DNA from: Rhizophagus irregularis
Lineage: Eukaryota
Direction of reading: 5' to 3'
Assembly (NCBI RefSeq): GCF_026210795.1
Contig: NC_089433.1
Coordinates: forward strand, 5,208,001-5,272,000
DNA: 64,000 bases
The translations under genes and the position numbers were made by a program. Numbering within the stretch: position 1 is the stretch's first letter; each line of letters starts with the position of its first letter. The notes beneath the pieces were generated by a model. That model saw only the letters and a program-made list of their open reading frames with translations. It searched no databases and was not told the DNA's origin. Shown here one piece after another: positions 40,920 to 53,109 of this stretch.

Positions 40920-41230
40920 CACTTGCTTTTTTTTAAAAATTTTTGATTTTTTTTTTGGACTTTTTTTTTCATTTTTCGGGGGGGGGGGGGGGTTTTCTTT
41001 TCAGCCTTTTCTTCCAAACCGAAAAATTTTTTTTCGAATTTTTTTTTTCGGGGTTTTTTCTTTTCGGCCCATTTTTTTTTTTGAAAGAATTTTTTTTTCA
41101 CCTTTCTTTTTCCGGTTTGGTTCTATTTCCAAACTGAAAAATTTTTTTCTTGATTGTTTTTTTTTCTATTTTAGGTTTGGATCGGTGGTCAGATTGGCGC
41201 CGCGGTGCTACAGCAAGCACCTTATTTTCT
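40920..41230. repeat. T-rich ttttcgg low-complexity repeat with a GC-rich tag; a related inverted copy lies at ~51548-51830
   Basis: ttttcgg runs here versus ccgaaaa runs at 51715-51830. gattggcgccgcggt (41192-41206) matches accacagcaccaatc (51611-51625) in reverse complement, apart from CG>CA changes. Confidence 0.5.
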
Positions 41231-42859
41231 GAAATTTTTTTTCAGCATTTTTTTACTAATATTTTCTTTTTTTCTAATTTTTTTTTATCACTCTTTTTAT
41301 TTTCATCTTATAGGTTTGTATTTGTTCAGTATAGCGATATAATCAAACAATTTTTTTTTATTCAAATAACAAATATATTTTGTTTGATCTTTTTAGTTAG
41401 AATAATAAATATAATTTAACCCAGTCAAATTAATAATTAATAATTTTTTAAATTATATAATTTTTAAATAATTAGCATAATTAACACTTTTAATATTGTT
41501 TTTTTTATTATTAATTATTAATAATTATTAATGCCAATAAAAACTCATTTGTAATGCTGCCGTCATAACTATTTCATGTAAACCATAAATATAATTCATA
41601 ATAACGTTGAATCAACATAAAAAGAGATTGACATAAAGAAAATCAAGCCCATTACAATAACAGATGGACAACATACAAATTCATATCCGTTGATCTACGG
41701 AATTTACCTTAAATTCGTAAAACTATTACGGAAATGATCGGATGAACGATACTATCACGTGTGTAAATATCAGCACGCAAAAAATTTATGTATTTTAACG
41801 CCCTATTATTTAAATCAAGCGAAATTACGCTCAATTACAAGCTCCATTTTAAGTATAATCTGACGAATTATAACGGCATTTTTACAAAAATAGGTTTAAA
41901 ATTTGCTAAATTATTTATTTTTGTAGTTTATTATTTATTTTTTTTAATATTTTTAACTTAAGCCTAATATATATCAAAATAAAAGCCTTAACTAAGATGA
42001 TTTTAATGACACTAACATAAATCTTAATAATAAGAAGTTAAAAATTCACAAAAAATTTCACTTTCACTGATTTTGAATAATAAAATTCACCTATCTTTTA
42101 AAGTCAATTATGTTAAATTTAAAATTTTATTAAAACATGATATAAACAAAAAAATAAATAAAATTATACCATGTTTTGCTTAAATTTCTAAACACTTACA
42201 ACTTCTCACAACTTCACTGCACGTTATCTAAATATATTTTTATATGTAATTAGTGTGAAATTGTCTGTTAGTAAATCAGTTTATCACTTTTGCTTAAGCT
42301 ACCATTATGCCTGCTTTTTATCAAGAACTACTTCATATCAGTGTATCAAGGTACACATAATATCTGATAATAAATATTTATTTATATGGAATGTAAATAA
42401 TATTGTATTTAATAGCATAATAAATTGAAAATATAATTAATATCATTTCAATAATTGTGAAATATTATTTTTTATCTGCATTACTATAATTCATAAATAA
42501 ATAAAAACCCAAATTAATATTATATATAAAATCTAATATACCCAAATATAGATCAGTAATTTTTATTATTATTATTAATTTAACTCGACAGGTTACAGCT
42601 AGTTTATAATCAAAAAGCTTTACTTTGAAATTTTATTATTAATATTACACTACCTTATTGTTCTTCTGTTATTATTATATAAAGATATTAATACAATAAT
42701 GAAATTTGCAAGATAAATGTTATCTGTTATATAATGGTACCATCTGTTGCATTTTTAGGCTCAGGAAAATTTTAAATAAATTAATATTATTGCATTATGA
42801 ATAAATTTGTTATATATGTTATAATACCTTATTAAGCTAATTTCTACTAGCATTTTCAA

Positions 42860-43300
42860 TATTTTCTCTAAATAATTGTTCTTAATTATCCCACCCAATA
42901 TTTGATATCCAATCTGGTGTATAAATTTTCAGAGCATCCTCCTTTAGTTAAATATTGAATATTTTGAAATTTGCCATACTGGCCATCTTTTTTGGATTCA
43001 GTGTTTCCATTTGACATATTTTTCTATATCATCATTTTCAGACGTCCAATATGTAAATTTTGCTTTTAGGTAATTTCGCCAAACATTCATCTTGACAATT
43101 TTCACAAATTCTTTTTGTTCCTAAATTATAAAGAATACTACTAGTGTCATATGATAAATTTATACTCCTTATTCCCATATTGTTCTTCTCAATTATTATG
43201 AATATTTTTATCTTTTAATGGAAAACTAATTCATATCGGATATTAGCTATATAGTCAATATAAGAAATTTTTAAATTTTGCGAAATAGTTTATAAATTCT
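42860..43300 (-). pseudogene. Degraded TKL-kinase N-terminal fragment
   Basis: Minus-strand pieces ILYNLGTKRICENCQDECLA, NYLKAKFTYWTSENDDI, CQMETLNP and FQNIQYLTKGGCSE, separated by deletions and frameshifts. Confidence 0.8.
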
Positions 43301-43539
43301 GAAGATAAAAAATAAGGGAATTCAATGAAAATAAAAGCAACAAACCGGAATTTATGGGCGATTTCAGATGAAGTTTTGTTTTTTCGAAACTTTCTTTTTT
43401 AACGTTAAAAGAGCTTTTTTTTATATTTTTTGTATAGAAAAATTGGATATTGATATTTCAGGTGTTTAATACTGTCAGGTATAGAATGATGCATTAGTAT
43501 AAAGGTTTTGTGTTTAATGTTCATTTAATTTAATGTATT

Positions 43540-44400
43540 TTTAATAATGTTCTGGCGTTGGGCTATTATGTTGTGATGATGAAGTTTCTTCCATGTCCAT
43601 GGGGTAATCTGAAGGGTTATGGTATCGGTGTTATCATCCAGAGGAGTTCGTCGAAAAAATAGGTCTAGTTGCAATTAGAGATTTGTCCCGGTCCGAGATA
43701 ACAAATTCTGTAGGAGTTATATTTCAAAGGTGATAGGGGGAGTATGTGTAATGAAAAATCCATGATAAGATTTTTGTACACCGTAGTGCGATAAATTTGT
43801 TGAACACTACTCTTGTTGCAGCGCTCTTTAACATCAGGGTCAAAAAGGTCTATTTGATGGTGGATTCGGTAATAAATCCGAGGGTCAACTTTATACTAAT
43901 CTGAAAGTTAAGAAGGTAAAGTTAACGATCCTTTGTGATTTTTCATTCAATATTTTTAGGGATGTGTTGTAATTGTTTGATAACAGAAGGTTGTTGAGTC
44001 TAGTTTGATTCATGAGGAAGAAACGGCTTACTAATTCCCGTCGAAGTTTCTTGTAATAGGACTATTTTAGTGAGACGGTTCCATCTCTCCTTTTGCTGGG
44101 GAGATCGGATCACATCGGTAATTTTTCTCTATTATGCAATACTTTCGGTTTTGATAGAGGCGAATGTTTATAGTGTAACTAACTCCATATCGATTGTTGT
44201 GTACTTGCTTTAACAAGCCTTCTTTACGCCTTTGACGAAGATAAATAGTCTTCAGTTGATTTCAATAAAAAAGTGGGTCACGTCGATTCCTTTTCATGTT
44301 TTTTACATCGGAAGCATGAGTTTGACATCACGTATTCACAAGGTAATTTACAAGAACCTTGAAATGTTTCTCATTTATACGATCACATGGATTGTTACAA
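43540..44400 (-). pseudogene. Higher-GC degraded coding relic, possibly from a repeat/retroelement-associated ORF
   Basis: Composition is less AT-rich than the flanks. The minus strand gives fragments such as RQRRKEGLLKQVHNNRYGVSYTINIR, broken by stops and frameshifts. Family not confidently recognised. Confidence 0.3.
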
Positions 44401-44723
44401 CGTATGAAAATTACTAGGTAGATCATGTGGATTTTATATGAGAATATAACATATAGTATGTAGTGGTTTTTCTATTATTATTTAAAGGGGATGTGAGCTA
44501 ATTTTAAGGGCCAATAGTTTATCTTCTAGTAGTGTACATAAACGATAAAAATAAATGGCAAGGGTTGATTTGGAAATTGCCTATTAAGGGAAAAAACGTA
44601 TGTAAGATAATTCACAAGAAATTAATATTCGGTTGATCGAAATATCTGTTCATTTTGTTTTTTAATAAACTTGGAATTTGTCCAAAATTTAAATATTGGA
44701 CAAATTCTGGACAAATCCCGATA

Positions 44724-45210
44724 CACAGTGAAATTTGATAAACCGGATTTGGGCCTAAATCGGACTTTTTTGCTGGAACCAAATCACGTTATTCACGTAT
44801 ATTAAAATAGTTTCGTTATACCGAAGTTTACTAGTAAAAGCTTGACGCTATAGTGGATTAATTTTCTAACCAGCTATTAAAAATTATTCGACAAACCAGA
44901 TCACGTGATCACTTGCTTAAGTAATGTGATGCAGTAAATCTTAATTTTGGCCGGAATTATAAAAACCTTAATTCTGGCTGAAGTTATATATTACTTATAT
45001 ACAATTAAAAATATTTTATATTTATTTTCATGACATCTGACTTAAAACTAAGATGAAAAATTAAAATATAGTGTATATTAGTTTTATTAGTATGAAAAAT
45101 TCAGTATAATAGATTTTCAATATATCAAAATTTTTTTGTTATACCGGATATCCCGATAAACCAGATATTTTAGTGGAACCGATAGATCCGGTTTATCAAA
45201 TTTCACTGTG
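44724..45210. mobile_element. Tc1/mariner-type MITE (~487 bp), 25-bp perfect TIR, TA target duplication
   Basis: ta|cacagtgaaatttgataaaccggat ... atccggtttatcaaatttcactgtg|ta; no internal ORF. Confidence 0.85.
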
Positions 45211-45867
45211 TATATCAAAATTTTGAATTATATGATTTGGATATTTTCCAGACATGCCAGATTTATTCTGCATAATTTATTTTATAGGGAAATATTAAAT
45301 TCTGTTTGAGTTTGATTGCTCAAGCTAATTAGCCTAAATATGATAATAAGGTCAATTTGCATCTACGGATGGCAGATATCCGCATTATATCTCCGGATGG
45401 TAGAGATGGATCGTAACACTAAAAATCAACATCTTTGATCATCATTTACAATTTTAAAATGTTATTTCTATTCAATATTTTTTAAATATTAAAGAATGAA
45501 AGTTTAGTTTGCAATTAATAAATAAAATAAACAAGAACTGAAGAATATATCAGCGAATTCACATATATAATTATTACAATTCAGACTGAGCATTTAAAAA
45601 TATTTTATTCAAATTAACCAGTTTCAAACTGATTCTATTTATTGAAAATAAAAACTTACATATTTATATATAATAACTTTTGATAAATATAATTTGTTTA
45701 ATTGCAAATCATCACGCATACGTACATTAAAAAAATTTAATTATAAAATAACAATTACATTTAAGATAGAATAATCAAATCAAGTTAGCATATTTTTCTT
45801 AATAAGAAGACGAAATTTGTATTGTAATATGCTTATTTATATCTTGTTTGGTTTAATTTAGATTAAT

Positions 45868-48800
45868 TTAGATTGCATAATCTAAAAGGTCAGATTCATA
45901 ATCTTCATTATATGATTGTGAAAGATTTTTTGTAAAAGGATTAAGTAATCGAGATGTGTAAATAGCTTGTGTATGAGTATCTGCTTGGTAATTTTTAATG
46001 GATGAAAGATTTGCCTTTCTATATTCTTCTGCTTCCTTAAATTGCATTTCAATTTCTTCATTTTTTACAATAAAAATATCCACTCCAGATGATTTATGCA
46101 ATGATGTAATCACTTCATCCACTTCATTAATGTGTGGTCTATTCTTTGGGTTTAAATCCCAACACTTTTTCATTAAATCAATATAACATCTTGGTGCTTC
46201 TGGTTCATTTATTTCAGGACTATTTCCATTACAAATATCTAATGCTAATAAGTTATCATGTGCACGATTGTAAAAAGGTTGTCTTCCAGTTGCTACAAAA
46301 TACATAATCATACCAAAACTATAGATATCTGCTGCTTTAGTATAAGACTTTCCTCTTAATACTTCAGGAGCCACATAAGGTATGACTCCGAAAATTTTTG
46401 TTTCATCTATATTACCAACTTCTCCACATAATCCCATATCTGAAATTGATATACAATTACTAAAATCATCTTTGCTATTTAAAAATAATATATTCCCTGT
46501 ATGAAAATTACGATGAACTATATTTTTTTGATGAATTTCTTTAAGGCCATTAATAATATTAAGCAATGCAGATAATTTATCTTGCCAATTAAAATATTCA
46601 TAATTTTCATTTGTCCATTTAATAAAATTTCCATCTTTTGCATAATCAAGAACCATAATATAGTCTTTTGTATGTGGATTTTGAGATATTCCATACACAT
46701 TAAGAATATTACTTCTTTTATTTATTGAGTATTCTTTAACCTATTAAAATAAATTAATAGCAATCAATAATTATTACATCTGCTTAAATTTAATTTATAA
46801 ATTAAATTCATAAAAAATGATTCTATTATAAAAAAGAAATTTCATACCTCATTTAAAAATTTATCAGTAATGTTTTGGGAATCATGTAAACATTTCAAAG
46901 CAATTACTCTATTCGGATCCCCATTAGTATATATTTTTTTATCTGCATCATATTCTAATGGACCATCTTTCCATATTGCTGAATATACTGTAGAGAAGCC
47001 ACCTTTACCTATTTCCTTAATATTATTAAACTGGCTGTTGTATGGTATCCATTCAAATACTATATCATCATAATCATTTATTTTTAATTGCATTTCTTTA
47101 ATGAAATTATCAATTTTTTTATTTCCACTTGCCCATGCAAGAACTAAAATATAATTATTTGTATTTGGATTTTGAGATATTCCATATATATCACGAATTG
47201 CTCTCCCAAATATTTTTGCTGAATATTTTTTAACCTAATATACAAATGAAGAATTAATATATTTTATTTATTTTATTAAAAAATGATAAAAATATTTGTA
47301 CCTTTGTTAAGAAATCAGTGGAATTTCCTGAATTGTGTAAATATTTTAAGGCAACTTCTTTATTTGAATTTCTTGTATAATTACTATACTGATTATTATA
47401 ACATAATGGACCATCTTTCCATATTGCTGAATATATTGTAATAGAACCATTTTTACCCATTTCTTTAATTTCATCAAATTGATTGTATGGTATCCATTCA
47501 AATACTATATCATTAAAATCATCAATATCCGATTGTTTTTCTTGAATAAAATTATCAATTTTTTCATTTCCACTTGGCCAGATAAAATCTTTTAATACCA
47601 AAATATAATCACTTGTATATAGATTTTGAGATATTCCATATATCTGAAAAACCATTTTATTAGACCTTACTGAATATTTTTTTGCCTAAAATACAACAAA
47701 AGAAATAATAAATATATTAGTAAATTAAAAAAATGGTGTTTAGAATATTCAAAAAAATATATTATACCTCATTTATTAGGGAATCAACAGAATTTTCTGA
47801 ATTATGTAAATATTTTAAAGTAACTTTTTTATTTGGATCTCTTGTATAATTACTGTACTGGTTATTATAATATAAAGGACCATCTTTCCATATTGCTGAA
47901 TATATTGTAATAGAACCATTTTTACCCATTTCTTTAATTTCATCAAATTGATTGTATGGTATCCATTCAAATACTATATCATTAAAATCATCAATATCCG
48001 ATTGTATTTCTCGAATAAAATCATCAATCTTTTCATTTCCATTTTCCCGGGAATGATTGTCCAAATCCAAAATATAATCATTTATCTTTATTTTAAGCTT
48101 TATGCTTTTGTTTGACTGAAAAAACTGATATAAATTAATATTATACTTGTAAAATGTTAGTTCATCATAACCATTTTGACAATATAAATTTCTTATTTCA
48201 AATATTTTATTATGAAGATAATCTATATCAGGTCTCTTTGATGGGTCAGCACACCAACATTGTTCTATTAACTGTTTATATTCTAAGGGAATTTCTGGTA
48301 TCATTTTTGGTCTGATTCCATTGGTAATTTTCATTGCAAGACCATAATCATGATCATAATCTTCAAATGGTGGTTTTCCGGAAGAAATTTCCCACATAAG
48401 CATACCAATACTATATATATCAGATGCAAAATTATAAGCTTTTCCATTAATAAGTTCAGGTGCCATATAAGGAAGATTTCCATATATATATTCCGGTGAT
48501 TTATCAGCAGGCCCACAAAATCCAAGACCAGAAATGCACCATAAATTCGCACTTTGTAAATATAATATATGCCTGGAATGTAAGTTTCTATGAATTGCTT
48601 TCTCTTTATGAATTTCGTAAAGTGATTTTATTATATCACAAATTATGTCAATTCTTTCTTTCCATGTAATTTTATTATGATTTTGTTGTATATATTCCTT
48701 TAAGTTAATGTCCATTTGCTGTAATACAAGCATATAATACCCCTCTGGATTAATAGTTAAACCAAAACATTTAACAACGCCTGAAAATTTATTACTTATT

Positions 48801-49492
48801 ACTAAATGTGATTTGGCCTGTAAATATTTGTCAAAAAAATGTTAATTTACATAAAGGTTAAATAATTGATAATACTTTAAAAGAATAATATACTTTGCCT
48901 TCTCAAGCCAACTTATATTTGCATCTTCATCATTTTCTAACTTTTTAAGTATCACTCTAAGCATACCAAACCTTTTTAATTGTTGTTTTTTAGAATCCCA
49001 TTTATCATAAGGTCCATCAGTCCATTTTGCCGTATAAATCTCGGATGTGTCTTCAGTTAAATACTTAATATTTCGAAAATTATTATATGGTATCCATTCA
49101 ATTATCCTAGTTGGAGCAAATGTTTCCATTTGAAAATTCTGTATTAAATTATCTATATCATCATTTCCGGACGTCCAGTTTGAAAAATATGCTTTTAAAT
49201 AATTTCGAATACATATTTCACAATAAAATGTGGCTAAACACTCATATTGACAATTTTCGCAAATTCTTCTTTCTCCTTCGTTTTTAATAATTCTAAAATA
49301 ATCGTAACTCTCAGTTATTATTCTTACTGTTTCTGCTTTTTCATTTTTTGTAAGAGATTTATTAGCAAAAATTATTTCATCTAATAATTTCTGTTGATTG
49401 GTTAAGTCGAAATTAAGATTAGGATTCTTATTTGCTTCACTAAAAGCTTCTTGAATTATCGCATAAATCAATTTTTTACGAATAGCAGCCAT
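45868..49492 (-). CDS. Tandem TKL-type (pseudo)kinase, ~1095 aa; exons 49492-48899, 48817-47768, 47685-47302, 47234-46848, 46740-45868
   Basis: Five ORFs join in phase 0 (3288 nt). Intron 1 requires a GC donor (AAG|GCAAAG); the others are GT-AG. Order: helical N-terminus, CxxC..CxxC motif, kinase domain 1 (HRNLHSRH, SGLG, YMAPE, DIYS), two extra N-lobe modules, kinase domain 2 (GKGGFSTVY, IALK, HRNFHTGN, DMG, YVAPE). Confidence 0.85.
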
Positions 49493-49549
49493 GAAGAGTG
49501 CAAAAAAAATTTTAGATAATTTGGTGAAGTTATTAAGGAGAATGAAAAA

Positions 49550-49720
49550 AAAAATTATTCACCAAAAAAAGAGAGAAAAAAAATCACTCATCAAAAAAAA
49601 AAGAGAAAAAAAATCATTCACCAAAAAAAGAGAGAAAAAAAATTATTCACCAAAAGAAAGAGAAAAAAAAATTTATTCAAAAAAAAAGAATTGTTCACCA
49701 AAAAAAAAAATGAATTTCTA
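49550..49720. repeat. A-rich tandem repeat (~29 bp; attcaccaaaaaaagagagaaaaaaa) immediately upstream of the kinase ATG
   Basis: About 5-6 imperfect copies; pyrimidine-rich on the coding strand. Confidence 0.8.
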
Positions 49721-49892
49721 TTATTTTAGATAATTTGGGCACACACAAAAATTTTGTATGTGCGGAGTTTGTGAAAAAAAAAATTTATTCGAAGAAAAAA
49801 AAAATTGAATTTCGGATAAATATTGATAATTTGGGTGAGTACTGAGAAAATTTATTTACGAAAAAAAAAAAAGAATCGATTTACTATCACTT

Positions 49893-51017
49893 AAATAATG
49901 GTGTAGTTAGCCGAAAAATTCAGCCGAAGGCGCAGTAAATTTTCGGCTAACAACAGCCAATGTTGATCTTGAATATTGGTTCAACATCTAACTATTTTCG
50001 GCTGAATATTATCGGCTAAATACACTTTTTTTAAATAATAGTGTAGTTAGCCAAAATATCCAAATAGCAGACAATATGTAATAATGACAAAATTTTATTT
50101 ATTATAGAAAACAAAAAGTACATAACATTACTATACTTATTTTTGGACAGTGCTTATTAAATAAAACTACAAAATATTTGTTATTTTTAACTCATTTATT
50201 TCTGTCCAATCATACTTCAATATTAGATTTTTAATAATTTAATTGTAAAAAAGAAAATTTTTTTTCTTTAAATTAATGAATAGTTTATTTAACCATTAAA
50301 ACTATAAGAATAATTAAAATTTTACAATACAATTATACAAATAAAATAAAAAAGGGAAATTTTTTTAAGGGATTTGAATTGTATTTGAAAATATATATAC
50401 AGTATTTTTTTTTTTTGTTTTTAATTTAAAGTCTTATATTATTCATTATCATTGACAAATTTCAAGTTTTTTGCATTATTTTTTATTTTTAATATACTAA
50501 TTTTTAGCTAAGATCCAACTCAAAAAACAAAAAGCAAATTTGAAAAAATATTTCAATAAACACTTAGAGACTGACAAGAAGTTATATATTTTATATTTAG
50601 TTTGAAGATTATTTTGTATAAATACGATGTTACATTTTACCTGAAATTTTCAACTTTAACTAATTTTAAGCCAGAATTAAGAAAATTTCGGCCAGAATTA
50701 TGGATTCGAAAATCATTAATTTAGCCAATTAAACAAGTTTAGACTGATTTTAAACTTTACAAATATATTATATATTGGAAGAGGGTGCTATTGACCATAA
50801 TAAAGTGAATTAGGAGGTTACATGCTATTTGGATATTTCGGCTAACTACACTATTATTTAAAAAAAAGAGTATTTAGCCGATAATATTCAGCCGAAAATA
50901 GTAGATGTTGAACCAATAAAATATTCGAGATCAACATGAATTTTTTCGGCTGGGTGTTGTTAGCCGAAAATTTACTGCGCCTTCGGCTGAATTTTTCGGC
51001 TAACTACACCATTATTT
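49893..51017. mobile_element. Non-autonomous foldback/long-TIR DNA element (~1.1 kb; arms 49893-50069 and 50823-51017)
   Basis: aaataatggtgtagttagccgaaaaattcagccgaaggcgcagtaaattttcggctaacaaca is a perfect inverted match to the right end, and the arms continue for ~180-195 bp with indels. AT-rich non-coding core; many GCCGAA/TTCGGC motifs. Confidence 0.9.
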
Positions 51018-53109
51018 CACTAAAGGCCATTCCAAACTAATAATTAGTTCTTGGCTGAAAATTTGGGGGGATAATTTAACAAATACAGTAAAATCGGAAA
51101 TATTCGGTACACCCAATTTCAGAAAAGAGTGATTCACCATATTCTTCCGAAATTAAGCACACATTTTTTATATAATGCCGACCAAAGTTATTATAATGGT
51201 CGGCATAATTTAGGTTAGTGACCAAAGATGCTTATTTACGGGAGATTTAATCTCTGGAGTTAGACGTAGTTAAGAATTAGTGGTCGATTAATTAATAATT
51301 CGGGATACAAACAAAACTACGATTTATGAATTCTTTATAGTCAAATTATTCTGGAGATTTATTTACATGACATAATTATTTTGAAATATTATAGTTAAAA
51401 TAAAAAGCGTGTACTGGAAAAAGCACTTGCTAAAATTTAATAGAGTAAAATAAAATCCGCCTAATATATATTTGAAATTAAGAGAAATGAATATAAATTT
51501 AAAATGAAATTATTTATACAGTATTATATTATTTATTTCGATTATATGACCAAACCTAAAAAGGTAAAAGAACGAAAAAAAAATAAAAAAAAATAAATAT
51601 TATCAATCTTACCACAGCACCAATCACCGATCCTGATCCAAGCCAAATAAATAGCAAGGATATATTTATACATACTAAATACATAAAATAAATTAGTATA
51701 GATTAAAAAGGAAAAAGAACCGAAAAAAGCAAAAAAAATTCGGTTTAAAAAAAACCGAAAAATTTAAAAAACCGGAAAAAAATATCAAAAAAAAAAAAAT
51801 TTCGGTCTAAAAAAACCGAAAAAAACTTATTAATTAAAAATTAACGTTTGGATATGCAACCGATCACATCTTCTTGGGAACAACATCAAATAAAACCCAC
51901 ATATATACTTTTGTCTACATCACTAATATCAAGAAATCACTAAATTGTGAATATAATGCATTTAATCTCTATAAATTGAATCCTCTTCAATGAATTCAAC
52001 AAAGTGCATCGACTATTTACGTCCATTATGTCATTACAAACATATAATTTCTATTTGATGACTTTTGTGATTTGGCCTATAGAAAATATTTACTGTATTT
52101 GTTAATAATTAAAGATTATTATCGAATGCTTATTTGATGGGAGGATGTGGTGTACAAGTTTTTATTCAAGCTGTCTTATGTATGATTACGTTAAAAAAAA
52201 GTTAAATTTTATATTGAAAGCTGTAAATAGAAATAGTTGTTTTGTACTTATCAACATGAATTATTAATTGTAAGGAAATTAGGAAATTTACCGAAAAAAA
52301 CCCTTTTTGGATAGACGTAATTTTAATGGTTTTTGTTGTAAAGAGATTTGGAAATTATTCATTTTGTTAGACCAAAAACTTGGGGATAACTTTAATGTCA
52401 GATAATCTTAATCTACATAAACAATAAAAATATCTTCATTCGGAAATATTATTAAGTATATGTTTTTTAAGTTAATCGCATTTCGTGTAAATTGTATGAA
52501 AAATACAATTAACTAAATTAACTATGAATTCTAACTTTTTTTGTTTAAGTTTTATTAACGGAATTATCATTTCCGATATTTACATACCGTATTTTTTTCA
52601 TTTATTATATAAAACTAGTAATGCATAAAATTCATTTATGCATTCACAGCCCAACAACTGAGTATATTAAGCTTATACGCAGTAAAAAAAAAAAAGAGAT
52701 TGACAAAACGCCATAGCCACATTCTCAAATGATATTACTTTATATAGACATTCCAAAAAGAAATGGGAAATTAATACTCCGGGAATTTCTTGATCAATTT
52801 CCTTATTAAGTGATTGATCGGGTGCCGTCATTAATTGAATTACTCCGATTCGTAGAAATTAAATTACGATAATATTATTTTTCTTTTTTCTCTTTCGTAA
52901 AAAGTGAAATTTAAGGTTTTTTTTTTCTTACTTCTTCTTATTAGGAATTTCTTTTATTTAACTTTATTAGTTAAAAACTTTTTAGTTCACAATATGTATC
53001 ATAAATATTTAAATTTCATCATTTTTTCATTAAATTTCCTAAAAATCTTCTCTTCTTTTCTTTTTCTTTTTTTGATTTAATGATAAAAAAAATTTATTCG
53101 TAATATTTA

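Noticed and set aside
40888..41419. Phe-rich and Lys-rich ORFs
   Set aside because: Translation artefacts of T/A homopolymer-rich repeat DNA.
49491..49733. Lys-rich 80-aa ORF
   Set aside because: Product of the A-rich tandem repeat on the strand opposite the kinase leader.
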